Assembly (NCBI GenBank): GCA_041562555.1
Contig: JBFEXS010000027.1
Span: forward strand, 1-20,620
Source of the DNA: Sulfurimonadaceae bacterium
GTDB taxonomy: Bacteria > Campylobacterota > Campylobacteria > Campylobacterales > Sulfurimonadaceae
Reading direction: 5' to 3'
Length of the DNA stretch: 20,620 nt
A model generated the notes under the pieces. It did not search any database. It was not told where the DNA came from and saw only the letters and a program-made list of their open reading frames with translations. This document shows positions 8,022 through 16,227 of this stretch, piece by piece; position 1 is the first letter of the stretch, and every line of letters begins with the position of its first letter. A program made the position numbers and the translations under genes.

Positions 8022-8549
8022 ATGAGCATCGAACCGATGACGCAACAAGGTTATGACAAACTTATTGAAGAGTTTAAATATCTGAAAGATGTTCTTAAAC
8101 CTCAGGTAAATACAGAGAAGCAAGAAGCGGCTGCACAGGGTGATCGCAGTGAAAATGCAGAATATCATGCTGCCAAAGAAAAGCTTCGACACATAGACAA
8201 ACGTCTTTTCTTCTTAAATAATCATATACAAAAATCAAAGATTATTGATCCTGCGACACTCTCTAACGATAAGGTACATTTCGGCTCAACAGTAACACTG
8301 ATCAATATTGACACGGATGAACGCGAGATTTATACCATTTGTGGTGTTTTAGAGAGTGAACCGGAGAATGGACTGATATCAATTCATTCACCTATGGCCA
8401 AGATGATGTTGGGAAAAAGTGTTGAAGATGAATTCAGTATCAAGCTTCCCAAGGGGAAAAAAGAATATGAGGTCGAAAAAATTGAATATATCCCTATTTT
8501 CAATCTAAAGAAGAATATCCGAACTCAGGAAGAGTATACGATCAAGTAG
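8022..8549 (+). CDS. greB: GreA/GreB family transcription elongation factor, GreB-like
   Basis: GDRSENAEY acidic tip, basic KEKLRHIDKRL, KVHFGSTV and ISIHSPMAKMMLGK. The family is clear; the greB versus greA assignment is an inference. TATAAT at 7977-7982. Confidence 0.8.
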   Translation: MSIEPMTQQGYDKLIEEFKYLKDVLKPQVNTEKQEAAAQGDRSENAEYHAAKEKLRHIDKRLFFLNNHIQKSKIIDPATLSNDKVHFGSTVTLINIDTDEREIYTICGVLESEPENGLISIHSPMAKMMLGKSVEDEFSIKLPKGKKEYEVEKIEYIPIFNLKKNIRTQEEYTIK

Positions 8550-8964
8550 ACGCCGTCATATGTGTCTGCATAAGAGACGGATCGAGCATATCCAATGAGG
8601 TAGTATTCAACATCTCTACCAGTGCGATCTTCGGTTGTACATAAGCTTCATGAAGTGAACAAGGGAACTCTTCATTACATGAGGATTCTCCCAGGGCACA
8701 GTTTGAACAGTTGTTTTCACCGATAGCATCCAAGATGTCGATTAAAAATATCTCTTCTCTCCCTTTACTCAGTAAAAAACCACCGTTACGTCCTCTTGTA
8801 GCTGTGAGGATATTTGCTTTGGCTAACTTGGTTAACAACATTGTCAGATATTTGTAAGGTATCTCTGTCTCTTCATGGATGCGGGTCGCAGAAAAGAGTG
8901 AATTGGGTTCTTGTGACATAAAAATAAGTATTCTAAATGTGTATTGTGCGGTCTTGCTAAACAT
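8542..8964 (-). CDS. Rrf2 family transcriptional regulator, probably Fe-S binding
   Basis: MFSKTAQY start, IPYKYLTMLLTKL..ANIL...RGRNGGFLL wing motif, and the Cys cluster CSNCALGESSCNEEFPCSLH. Overlaps the gre gene 3' end by 8 nt. Minus-strand TAAAAT at 8986-8991. Confidence 0.9.
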   Translation of the reverse strand: MFSKTAQYTFRILIFMSQEPNSLFSATRIHEETEIPYKYLTMLLTKLAKANILTATRGRNGGFLLSKGREEIFLIDILDAIGENNCSNCALGESSCNEEFPCSLHEAYVQPKIALVEMLNTTSLDMLDPSLMQTHMTAST

Positions 8965-9090
8965 AAATTCCCTTTGAGTTTAGGGATTTTAGCCAAAAAA
9001 TTATAATACTTCTTTATAAATTGATCATTTAAAAAGAAATTTATAGGTTTTTCAAAGGAACACCTAAAGCTATTTTTAGCACATTTTTAT

Positions 9091-9178
9091 TATAATCACG
9101 ACCTTAGACTTTTTGTCAAGTCTGCCATCTTGTGGAAATTTGGCTGAAAGTCTAGAAAAAACAATCCAAGGAAACCTC
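9091..9178 (+). promoter_or_regulatory. purL promoter (-10 TATAAT) and structured 5' leader
   Basis: TATAAT at 9091-9096. Hairpin 9105-9154 with outer stem TAGACTTT/AAAGTCTA and inner stem GTCAAGT/ATTTGGC. SD AAGGA at 9168-9172. Confidence 0.55.
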
Positions 9179-11389
9179 TTGTATAAAATTGATAATATCT
9201 CCCAAGCATGTAAAGATCATAAAATCTCTCCTGAAGAGTATGAAAACATTTTAACCATTCTCGGGCGTGAACCAAACATCGTTGAACTTGGTATTTTTTC
9301 AGCAATGTGGTCAGAACACTGTTCCTATAAGTCTTCTACAGTCCACCTCAAGGGTTTCCCGACAAAAGCACCATGGGTTATTCAAGGTCCGGGTGAAAAT
9401 GCGGGTGTCATTGATATCGGTGAAGGATATGCTGCAGTATTTAAGATGGAATCACATAATCACCCCTCATTTATTGAACCATATCAGGGGGCAGCTACCG
9501 GTGTCGGTGGAATTATGCGGGATGTATTTACAATGGGGGCCCGCCCTGTGGCATCATTGAACTCTCTTCGTTTTGGAAATGTATTGAATAATGATGAGGT
9601 CTCATCGCACCAACGTTATCTTGTTCGTGGAGTGACGGAGGGTATCGGTGGATACGGGAACTGTATGGGTGTCCCGACTATTGGTGGCGAGGTGAGCTTT
9701 GATGAGTGTTATAATGGAAATATCCTTGTAAATGCCTTCAACCTCGGTATTGCAAAATCAGATGAGATCTTTTATGGTAAAGCGGAAGGTATCGGAAATC
9801 CCGTTATGTATGTAGGCTCTAAGACGGGTCGTGACGGTCTTGGTGGAGCAGTAATGTCTTCAGACTCTTTTACAGAAGAGTCCAAGTCGCTTCGTCCGAC
9901 AGTTCAGGTTGGAGATCCTTTCACAGAAAAACTTTTGCTTGAAGCGTGTCTTGAGCTGTTTAAGACAGATCACGTCGTTGGTATTCAGGATATGGGTGCT
10001 GCGGGCCTTACTTCATCTTCTTTTGAGATGGCGGGACGTTCCGGTTCGGGAATGATCATGCATTTGGATAAGGTACCTGCTCGTGAAGAGGGGATGACAC
10101 CTTATGATTTCATGTTGTCTGAGTCACAAGAACGTATGTTGATCTGTGCAAAAAAAGGTTCAGAACAAGAGATTATTGAGATCTTTGAAAAGTGGGACCT
10201 TTCTGTTGCCGTTATTGGAGAGGTGACGGATACAGGCAAGATGGAACTGTTCTGGCATGGTGAAAAGTGTGCCGATGTACCGGTTGATCCGGTTTCAGAA
10301 GAGGCACCTTGCTTAAATCGTCCGATGCGTGAGCCTGCATACTTAAAAGATATTGCAGATGTTGAGATCACAGATTTTGATGCGGTATCGAATCAAGATG
10401 CCTTTAGAAAGCTTATGTCCTCCATGGAAGTTGTGGACAAGGCATGGATCTATGAGCAGTACGATTCGATGGTACAGACGAATACGATTAAAAAAGGCGG
10501 TTCTTTGGATGCTTCAGTCATTCGTGTTAAAGAGAATGGCAAAGCATTGGCGATGAGTTCAGACTGTAACGTCCGTCACTGTTACATAGATCCAAAAGGC
10601 GGTGCAGCAGCGGCTGTTATCGAATCAGGAAGAAATGTTGCTATGACCGGTGCTCAGCCTTTGGCAATCACAGATTGTCTTAATTATGGAAATCCGGAAA
10701 ATCCTGAAGTTATGTGGCAATTCGGACAGGGATGTCTAGGGATCAAAGAGGCATGTGCTGCATTGACAACACCTGTCATTGGCGGAAATGTTTCCCTGTA
10801 CAATGAAACAAACGGTGTGTCCGTTTTCCCAACGCCATCAATCGCGACGGTAGGTGTTAATGATGATCAGAACAAGGTCCTTTTTAACGCATTCCAAGAA
10901 GAAGGCAATCTTCTTTATATCCTGGGTGACACTGCATCTGAATTTGGAGGCTCTCTGTATATGAAAGAGCTGCATGGTAAGGTTGCAGGTAAACTTCCGA
11001 TGATCGATTATGACAAAGAGTTAAGCCTATGGAACACGGTGATCAATGCTAATAAAAAAGGTCTCTTGGCTTCTGCAAAAGATTGTTCATCCGGTGGTCT
11101 TGCTGTTGTAATCGGGAAAATGGCAGCTGTAAGCGGCAAAGGTGCCACAGTTGAAGTGTCTGTAGGTAATGAGATTGACATCTTCTCGGAAACATTCTCA
11201 AGAGCAGTCGTCGAAGTCAGTCCGGAAAATGCACAGGCTTTTGAATCGATGGTTGAAGGGATATCGTGTACAAGAATAGGAACCGTCGGCGGTGAGAAAG
11301 TATTGATCAATGATATTTCGATGGAAATGGCCGAACTTAAAGGTCTTTATTTCGACACCTTTAAAAAAGTGATTGAACAAGATATCTAG
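9179..11389 (+). CDS. purL: Phosphoribosylformylglycinamidine synthase subunit PurL (small type)
   Basis: [46 protein letters not shown] and DCLNYGNP motifs. Start reassigned from 9113 to the in-frame TTG at 9179, which follows AAGGA, giving 736 aa. Confidence 0.97.
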   Translation: MYKIDNISQACKDHKISPEEYENILTILGREPNIVELGIFSAMWSEHCSYKSSTVHLKGFPTKAPWVIQGPGENAGVIDIGEGYAAVFKMESHNHPSFIEPYQGAATGVGGIMRDVFTMGARPVASLNSLRFGNVLNNDEVSSHQRYLVRGVTEGIGGYGNCMGVPTIGGEVSFDECYNGNILVNAFNLGIAKSDEIFYGKAEGIGNPVMYVGSKTGRDGLGGAVMSSDSFTEESKSLRPTVQVGDPFTEKLLLEACLELFKTDHVVGIQDMGAAGLTSSSFEMAGRSGSGMIMHLDKVPAREEGMTPYDFMLSESQERMLICAKKGSEQEIIEIFEKWDLSVAVIGEVTDTGKMELFWHGEKCADVPVDPVSEEAPCLNRPMREPAYLKDIADVEITDFDAVSNQDAFRKLMSSMEVVDKAWIYEQYDSMVQTNTIKKGGSLDASVIRVKENGKALAMSSDCNVRHCYIDPKGGAAAAVIESGRNVAMTGAQPLAITDCLNYGNPENPEVMWQFGQGCLGIKEACAALTTPVIGGNVSLYNETNGVSVFPTPSIATVGVNDDQNKVLFNAFQEEGNLLYILGDTASEFGGSLYMKELHGKVAGKLPMIDYDKELSLWNTVINANKKGLLASAKDCSSGGLAVVIGKMAAVSGKGATVEVSVGNEIDIFSETFSRAVVEVSPENAQAFESMVEGISCTRIGTVGGEKVLINDISMEMAELKGLYFDTFKKVIEQDI

Positions 11390-11401
11390 CTTGACTTCAT
11401 A

Positions 11402-11430
11402 AGAGGGACCTACATGTCTCTCTGTTTTCT
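11402..11430 (+). terminator. Probable intrinsic terminator of purL
   Basis: AGAGGGAC-loop-GTCTCTCT stem followed by GTTTTCT, just after the purL stop. Confidence 0.55.
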
Positions 11431-11480
11431 ACGTTTCTTTTAAACTCTGGTAACCGTTTTTATTGAATTGGAGATTCTAG

Positions 11481-11972
11481 ATGCATATGCCCAAATTACT
11501 TCCTATCCCCCTGGATATAAAAAACAAACATCCTTTTATTCGTATATGGTATTGGCGGACTTTTGTACGTCAATGGGAGTTGCTTGAAGATTGGTCATAT
11601 GAGCTTCCTGAGAAGAGTGTTAAAATCGTCATACCTAAGGGGTTTATCTTTGATGGGGTGACAACCCATCGATGGCTTCACTTTTTTTTATCGCCTACCG
11701 GGGTACTGTTTATCCCGGGGCTGGTACATGATTTTGCCTATCGATATGATTATTTGTGGGCAGAGGATGCATCCGGTGAATATTATAAGTTCGCTCCAAA
11801 TTCCGGACGTCATTATTGGGACAGTATCTTTCGCCATATCGGTCTTGACGTCAATGCCATGGTCTGTTTGAATGCTTTCGCCCGAGGGGTTTTATTCTGT
11901 TTTGGCTGGATCTCTTGGCGAAAAAACCGAAAAAAAGAGAGTTCGGAGATTCTCCCAAATCATCAAAAATAA
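11481..11972 (+). CDS. DUF1353-like protein
   Basis: IVIPKGFIFDG and GLVHDFAY motifs, then a D.IF helix and a V..FGW C-terminus. GGAG SD upstream. Confidence 0.72.
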   Translation: MHMPKLLPIPLDIKNKHPFIRIWYWRTFVRQWELLEDWSYELPEKSVKIVIPKGFIFDGVTTHRWLHFFLSPTGVLFIPGLVHDFAYRYDYLWAEDASGEYYKFAPNSGRHYWDSIFRHIGLDVNAMVCLNAFARGVLFCFGWISWRKNRKKESSEILPNHQK

Positions 11973-12012
11973 CATAAAAAAAACTGATTTCAACTACAAA
12001 CCTATAAAAAGC

Positions 12013-12152
12013 TGTTATAATGTGCGCGAAGAAAGATGAGGCACGAGTTCATCTTTGGGTATTTTAGAAGTAATCTCTGCTATAAACCGAAAGACTCACC
12101 GATTTTGATTCCTCTCCTATTGGAGTGAATTTTATACTTAAGAGGTATTAAT
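12013..12152 (+). promoter_or_regulatory. cspA extended -10 promoter and long structured 5' UTR
   Basis: TGTTATAAT at 12013-12021 implies a leader of about 125 nt. Stems AAAGATGA/TCATCTTT (12032-12056), CTCC-TATT-GGAG (12114-12125) and ATACTT/AGGTAT over the SD (12134-12148). Confidence 0.6.
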
Positions 12153-12371
12153 ATGGCAGAATTGCTAAGCGGAACTGTAAAATGGTTCAATGACGAAAAA
12201 GGTTATGGATTTATCCAACAAAATGATGGAGGATCAGATGTATTCGTACACTTCCGTCAAGTAAACAACCCAAATGGTGGTCGTGTATCTTTGGCTGATG
12301 GCCAAGCAGTTACATATGAGATCGGTGAAGGACAAAAAGGTCCTCAAGCTGAGAACGTAACTCCGGTATAA
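12153..12371 (+). CDS. cspA: Cold-shock domain protein
   Basis: [15 protein letters not shown] (RNP1), DVFVHF (RNP2) and [10 protein letters not shown]; 72 aa. Confidence 0.96.
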   Translation: MAELLSGTVKWFNDEKGYGFIQQNDGGSDVFVHFRQVNNPNGGRVSLADGQAVTYEIGEGQKGPQAENVTPV

Positions 12372-12383
12372 TCACTATATTTT

Positions 12384-12400
12384 AGGGCCTATGGCCCTTT
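12384..12400 (+). terminator. Probable terminator of cspA
   Basis: AGGGCC-TAT-GGCCCT stem followed by a pyrimidine-rich tract. Confidence 0.55.
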
Positions 12401-12488
12401 CCCCTTTAAATTTTCCCCAACATTTCTTTTTTTTAACGGTCAATACAGCCTAGATAAACTATATATTACCATGGTAAAACAGCTGAGT

Positions 12489-13454
12489 TTATTTCTGTAT
12501 GAGTGATCTTCCCAGGGCAATAAGTTCTTGATCGATCTCATATTTTTTTGCATTGATCTCATCTATACTTTTTAAATCAAAAGCACCATTGTTATAGCAG
12601 ATAACAGCATTACGCTTGTTTTCAAGGAGTGCATCGATCGCATAGGTTGTGAATTGATACGCCATCAAACGTTCACGTACACTTGGATTTCCTCCCCGCT
12701 GTACATGTCCCAAGGTAGTGACTCTGGATTCAAAACCGATCTCCTTCTCAAACCATTGTGATATCTCCTGGGAATTATGGAGGGCTTCGGAGACAACGGC
12801 AATAAAATAGTTCCTGCCTTGAGACACCTCTTTGAGGTAACGCTCCTTAAGTTTGTCCAAAGAGTAGGGGATTTCAGGTATAAGGCACATTTCTGCCCCG
12901 GAGGTAAGTGCTGAAATCAAGGCGAGATAACCGCAGTCACGTCCCATGACCTCGACGACAAAAGCACGTTTGAATGATGATGCAGTGTCTCGAAGGTTGT
13001 CTATTGCCATTTTGATAACATTCAACGCAGTATCGACGCCCAGGCAATATTGTGTCCCATTGATATCATTATCAATGGTAGAGGGTATGCCGCAAAAAGC
13101 GATCCCATGTTCTTGAAAAAAGAGATCAATACCTCTGAATGAACCATCGCCACCCAGTACAACCAGTTTGTCAATATCCAGTGCACGCAGGTTTCCAGCT
13201 GCCTGTTCTCTGTATATGGACTCTTTGAAACGCATTGAACGGGCTGAATAGATTTTAGTCCCTCCCCTGTGGAGTATACCGGTTACATCTGAATAGTGTG
13301 CTTCTTCGATCTGATTATCGATGAGACCATCATATCCGTTATAGACAAAATAGGGTTTAAGCCCCTTGGCAAAACTGTATTCCACAAAACGTTTCAGGGC
13401 AGGGTTCATACCGGAGACATCACCTCCGGAGCATAAAATGGCAATATTACTCAT
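12489..13454 (-). CDS. pfkA: 6-phosphofructokinase, ATP-type
   Basis: SGGDVSGMN, LGGDGS, PSTIDNDI, EVMGRDCG and LGHVQRGG motifs; 321 aa. Confidence 0.95.
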   Translation of the reverse strand: MSNIAILCSGGDVSGMNPALKRFVEYSFAKGLKPYFVYNGYDGLIDNQIEEAHYSDVTGILHRGGTKIYSARSMRFKESIYREQAAGNLRALDIDKLVVLGGDGSFRGIDLFFQEHGIAFCGIPSTIDNDINGTQYCLGVDTALNVIKMAIDNLRDTASSFKRAFVVEVMGRDCGYLALISALTSGAEMCLIPEIPYSLDKLKERYLKEVSQGRNYFIAVVSEALHNSQEISQWFEKEIGFESRVTTLGHVQRGGNPSVRERLMAYQFTTYAIDALLENKRNAVICYNNGAFDLKSIDEINAKKYEIDQELIALGRSLIQK

Positions 13455-13471
13455 CGCAGGTCCTTGTTTGA

Positions 13472-14050
13472 TCAGTCAAAATAGATAATAGTGTCCGTAA
13501 TGTCACTAAAGCCCTTGTCATCGTAAAATCTTGGGGATGTAGTGTTGAGAAGTTCATATCCGGATCCATCTTCGAGAAGGATACAAGAAGGATGGGATGG
13601 AGCATCCTCTTGGCTTATATCATTATGCTGAGGTGTTTGAAAGCTGTGGTCAACAGGAATCTCACTGGCTCCTCCATAGGCTCTTCCTTCATCGTCTTGT
13701 ATAAATTCCTTAGCCATACTTCCTTGAACAAGGGCAAGCTGCTTTTGTATGTCGATCTGCGATTGGATCTCTTGGGTCTGTTTTGCTTCAAAAACTGCTT
13801 GAGTAGGTAAGAGTTCATCTGTATGTATCGGCGCATCAACCAGTATAAGATCACCCTGACTTGCCCCACCGAAATAACGGTCCAAGATACAGGCTGTGGG
13901 GATAAGGTATATCTTGGTGGTATCAACAAGTAGCTTCTGTTTATACTGTTGATAAAGTTTGCTGAGGTGAGCAGGATCGCTGGAAAGCAATATCAGTTCA
14001 TTCCCATGAAGTGTATACAGCAGTAAAAATATCAGGAGGAGATGTCTCAT
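13472..14050 (-). CDS. Hypothetical exported protein
   Basis: Signal peptide MRHLLLIFLLLYTLHG, acidic mature region with two Cys, ATGA overlap with the upstream lipoprotein gene. Confidence 0.7.
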   Translation of the reverse strand: MRHLLLIFLLLYTLHGNELILLSSDPAHLSKLYQQYKQKLLVDTTKIYLIPTACILDRYFGGASQGDLILVDAPIHTDELLPTQAVFEAKQTQEIQSQIDIQKQLALVQGSMAKEFIQDDEGRAYGGASEIPVDHSFQTPQHNDISQEDAPSHPSCILLEDGSGYELLNTTSPRFYDDKGFSDITDTIIYFD

Positions 14051-14565
14051 TCAAAGACATCCTCATCTGAAAACCATAAGATCCAGGAACGCTCTTTAAT
14101 ATCACCCACATCCAAAAAACCATCATTCTTAAGCTTATAATACTCATAAACAACAGAGATCTTACCGTATTTGGCTGCATCGATATAGGCTTGAGGAATG
14201 ATGATCTTATAACTTTGTGTTCCCGGACCTATGCCATCCTGATCTGCTTTGTCTAAGGCTAATACACCAAACAGTTCTTCTTCCACTCCAGGTACTTTTA
14301 TGCGTACGTGCTGCGCACCAAAATGAAGAGCGTTTTTATATGCCTTTGGAAGTTCATGGTCGCGCATCTGTAAGGAGTTATATCGGGTGGCGCTGTGAAA
14401 TGGAGTCTCAAATTCTCCCTGAAGTGAAAAGCTCCCATCTTCAGCGGTGATCACAATATCGGGGTTGGAAATGTACCCTTTGTCGATATTCTGATTATAG
14501 GTAGTTGTTGAACATCCGCTGAAGCATAAGAGTATAAGTGTCGCCGGTATCAAAAGAAATCGCAT
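14047..14565 (-). CDS. Hypothetical lipoprotein
   Basis: MRFLLIPATLILLCFSG-C lipobox-like signal followed by STTT. Minus-strand TATAAT boxes at 14614-14619 and 14623-14628. Confidence 0.78.
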   Translation of the reverse strand: MRFLLIPATLILLCFSGCSTTTYNQNIDKGYISNPDIVITAEDGSFSLQGEFETPFHSATRYNSLQMRDHELPKAYKNALHFGAQHVRIKVPGVEEELFGVLALDKADQDGIGPGTQSYKIIIPQAYIDAAKYGKISVVYEYYKLKNDGFLDVGDIKERSWILWFSDEDVFE

Positions 14566-14678
14566 TCAAGGCCTTGGTGTAAATGTCAAAATAGTGTTCT
14601 GATAGTTTCATTGATTATATCTATTATAAGCTGAATTAGGATAAAATTCCGCCATTAATTTATCCCCAAGGATACCAA

Positions 14679-16214
14679 ATGAAACGAGCCTTAATCAGTG
14701 TTAGTGATAAAACAAATATCGTCGAATTCGCTAAGTCTTTAGTTGAACAGGATTTTGAGATCATCTCTACAGGTGGTACTTTTAAGATGTTAAAAGAAGC
14801 AGGTGTTCCTGCAATTGAAATTGATGAGGTGACAAAGTTTCCGGAGTGTTTTGAGGGTCGTGTCAAGACCCTAAACCCATTTGTACACGGAGGGATCTTA
14901 CACCGTCGTGATAAGCAGTCTCACCTTGACCAGGCAAAAGAGCTCGGTGTTGAAGCGATTGATCTGGTATGTGTAAACCTCTATCCGTTTAAAGCAACTA
15001 TTGAGAAGACAGAAGATTTTGATGAGATTATTGAGAACATCGATATCGGTGGACCGGCGATGGTCCGTTCTGCAGCAAAGAACTTTGATTCGGTGTATAT
15101 CGTCACTGATATCTCAGACTATTCACGTGTACTTGAGTCACTCTCAAGTGATGAGAATGCTTTGGAATTCAGACGTGACTTGATGATCAAGGCCTATGAG
15201 CATACGGCGGCATATGACTCGATGATCGCAAACTATATGAACAAACGTTTTAATAACGGCTTTGGAGAGAAGCAGTTTATCGTCGGTGAAAAAGTAATGG
15301 ATACCCGTTATGGAGAGAACCCACATCAGAAGGGTGCTCTTTATGAGTTTGATAAATATTTTACCAATAATTTCAAGACCCTTAAGGGTGAAGCATCTTT
15401 TAACAACCTTAATGACCTGAACGGCGGTGTCAAGATTGCTGCTGCCTTTGGAGACGAAAATGCTGTTGCTATTGTCAAACATGGTAATCCGTGTGGATTT
15501 GCGATCCGTGATAACCTGGTCGAAGCCTATGAAGAGGCATTAAAGTGTGATCCTGTTTCTGCTTTTGGTGGGGTTGTCTGTGTCAACGGTGTAGTTGATG
15601 CTGATCTGGCGGAGAAGATGAATGAGATCTTTTTAGAAGTTGTGATTGCAGGGCGTATTACAGAGGAAGCTCAAGCGGTATTCGAGAAGAAAAAACGTCT
15701 TAAGCTTTTCGAATATGGTTCGGATAGGATTGTCCTTTCAAATGATCTGCTTGATTTTAAACATGTTGACGGCGGTTTTGTCTTCCAGGATGCAGATAAG
15801 GTACAAGAGGATGAGGTGGCAAACGCTAAGCTGGTGACAGAGCGTCAGGCAAGTGCACAAGAGCTAAAAGATGCGGAGATCGCATGGAAAGTCGCTTCAT
15901 TGGTGAAATCCAACTGTGTGGTGTATGTGAAGGACTCTGCAATGGTTGCTGTCGGTATGGGAATGACATCACGTGTTGATGCAAGTCAATGTGCCCTTAA
16001 AAAAGCAAAGGCGATGGATCTTGACGTAACCGGTGCAGCTCTTGCATCAGAAGCCTTCTTCCCGTTTAGAGACTCGATTGATGCAGCGGCTGAAGCAGGT
16101 GTTAAAACAGTTATCCAGCCGGGTGGTTCGATTCGTGATGATGAGGTGATTCAGGCAGCGAATGAACACGGTATGGCACTTTATTTTACGGGTGTACGTC
16201 ACTTCTTACATTAA
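14679..16214 (+). CDS. purH: Bifunctional AICAR transformylase / IMP cyclohydrolase
   Basis: [41 protein letters not shown] and [15 protein letters not shown] motifs. SD AAGGA and -10 TAAAAT at 14642-14647. Confidence 0.98.
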   Translation: MKRALISVSDKTNIVEFAKSLVEQDFEIISTGGTFKMLKEAGVPAIEIDEVTKFPECFEGRVKTLNPFVHGGILHRRDKQSHLDQAKELGVEAIDLVCVNLYPFKATIEKTEDFDEIIENIDIGGPAMVRSAAKNFDSVYIVTDISDYSRVLESLSSDENALEFRRDLMIKAYEHTAAYDSMIANYMNKRFNNGFGEKQFIVGEKVMDTRYGENPHQKGALYEFDKYFTNNFKTLKGEASFNNLNDLNGGVKIAAAFGDENAVAIVKHGNPCGFAIRDNLVEAYEEALKCDPVSAFGGVVCVNGVVDADLAEKMNEIFLEVVIAGRITEEAQAVFEKKKRLKLFEYGSDRIVLSNDLLDFKHVDGGFVFQDADKVQEDEVANAKLVTERQASAQELKDAEIAWKVASLVKSNCVVYVKDSAMVAVGMGMTSRVDASQCALKKAKAMDLDVTGAALASEAFFPFRDSIDAAAEAGVKTVIQPGGSIRDDEVIQAANEHGMALYFTGVRHFLH

Positions 16215-16227
16215 GACGGGAGAAGTG

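Noticed and set aside
8008..8025. Five-codon uORF (TTG GGT GCG ATT TTA TGA) overlapping the gre start
   Set aside because: It could be chance. The gre ATG has a usable GGTG SD of its own, and there is no other support.
9113..9178. N-terminal 22 codons of the 758-aa PurL ORF in the track
   Set aside because: The TTG at 9113 has no SD and lies within a hairpin just after the -10. The in-frame TTG at 9179 has AAGGA at a normal distance.
14640..14678. ZTP (pfl) riboswitch upstream of purH
   Set aside because: The -10 at 14642-14647 leaves only about 25 nt of leader, and no riboswitch motif is present.
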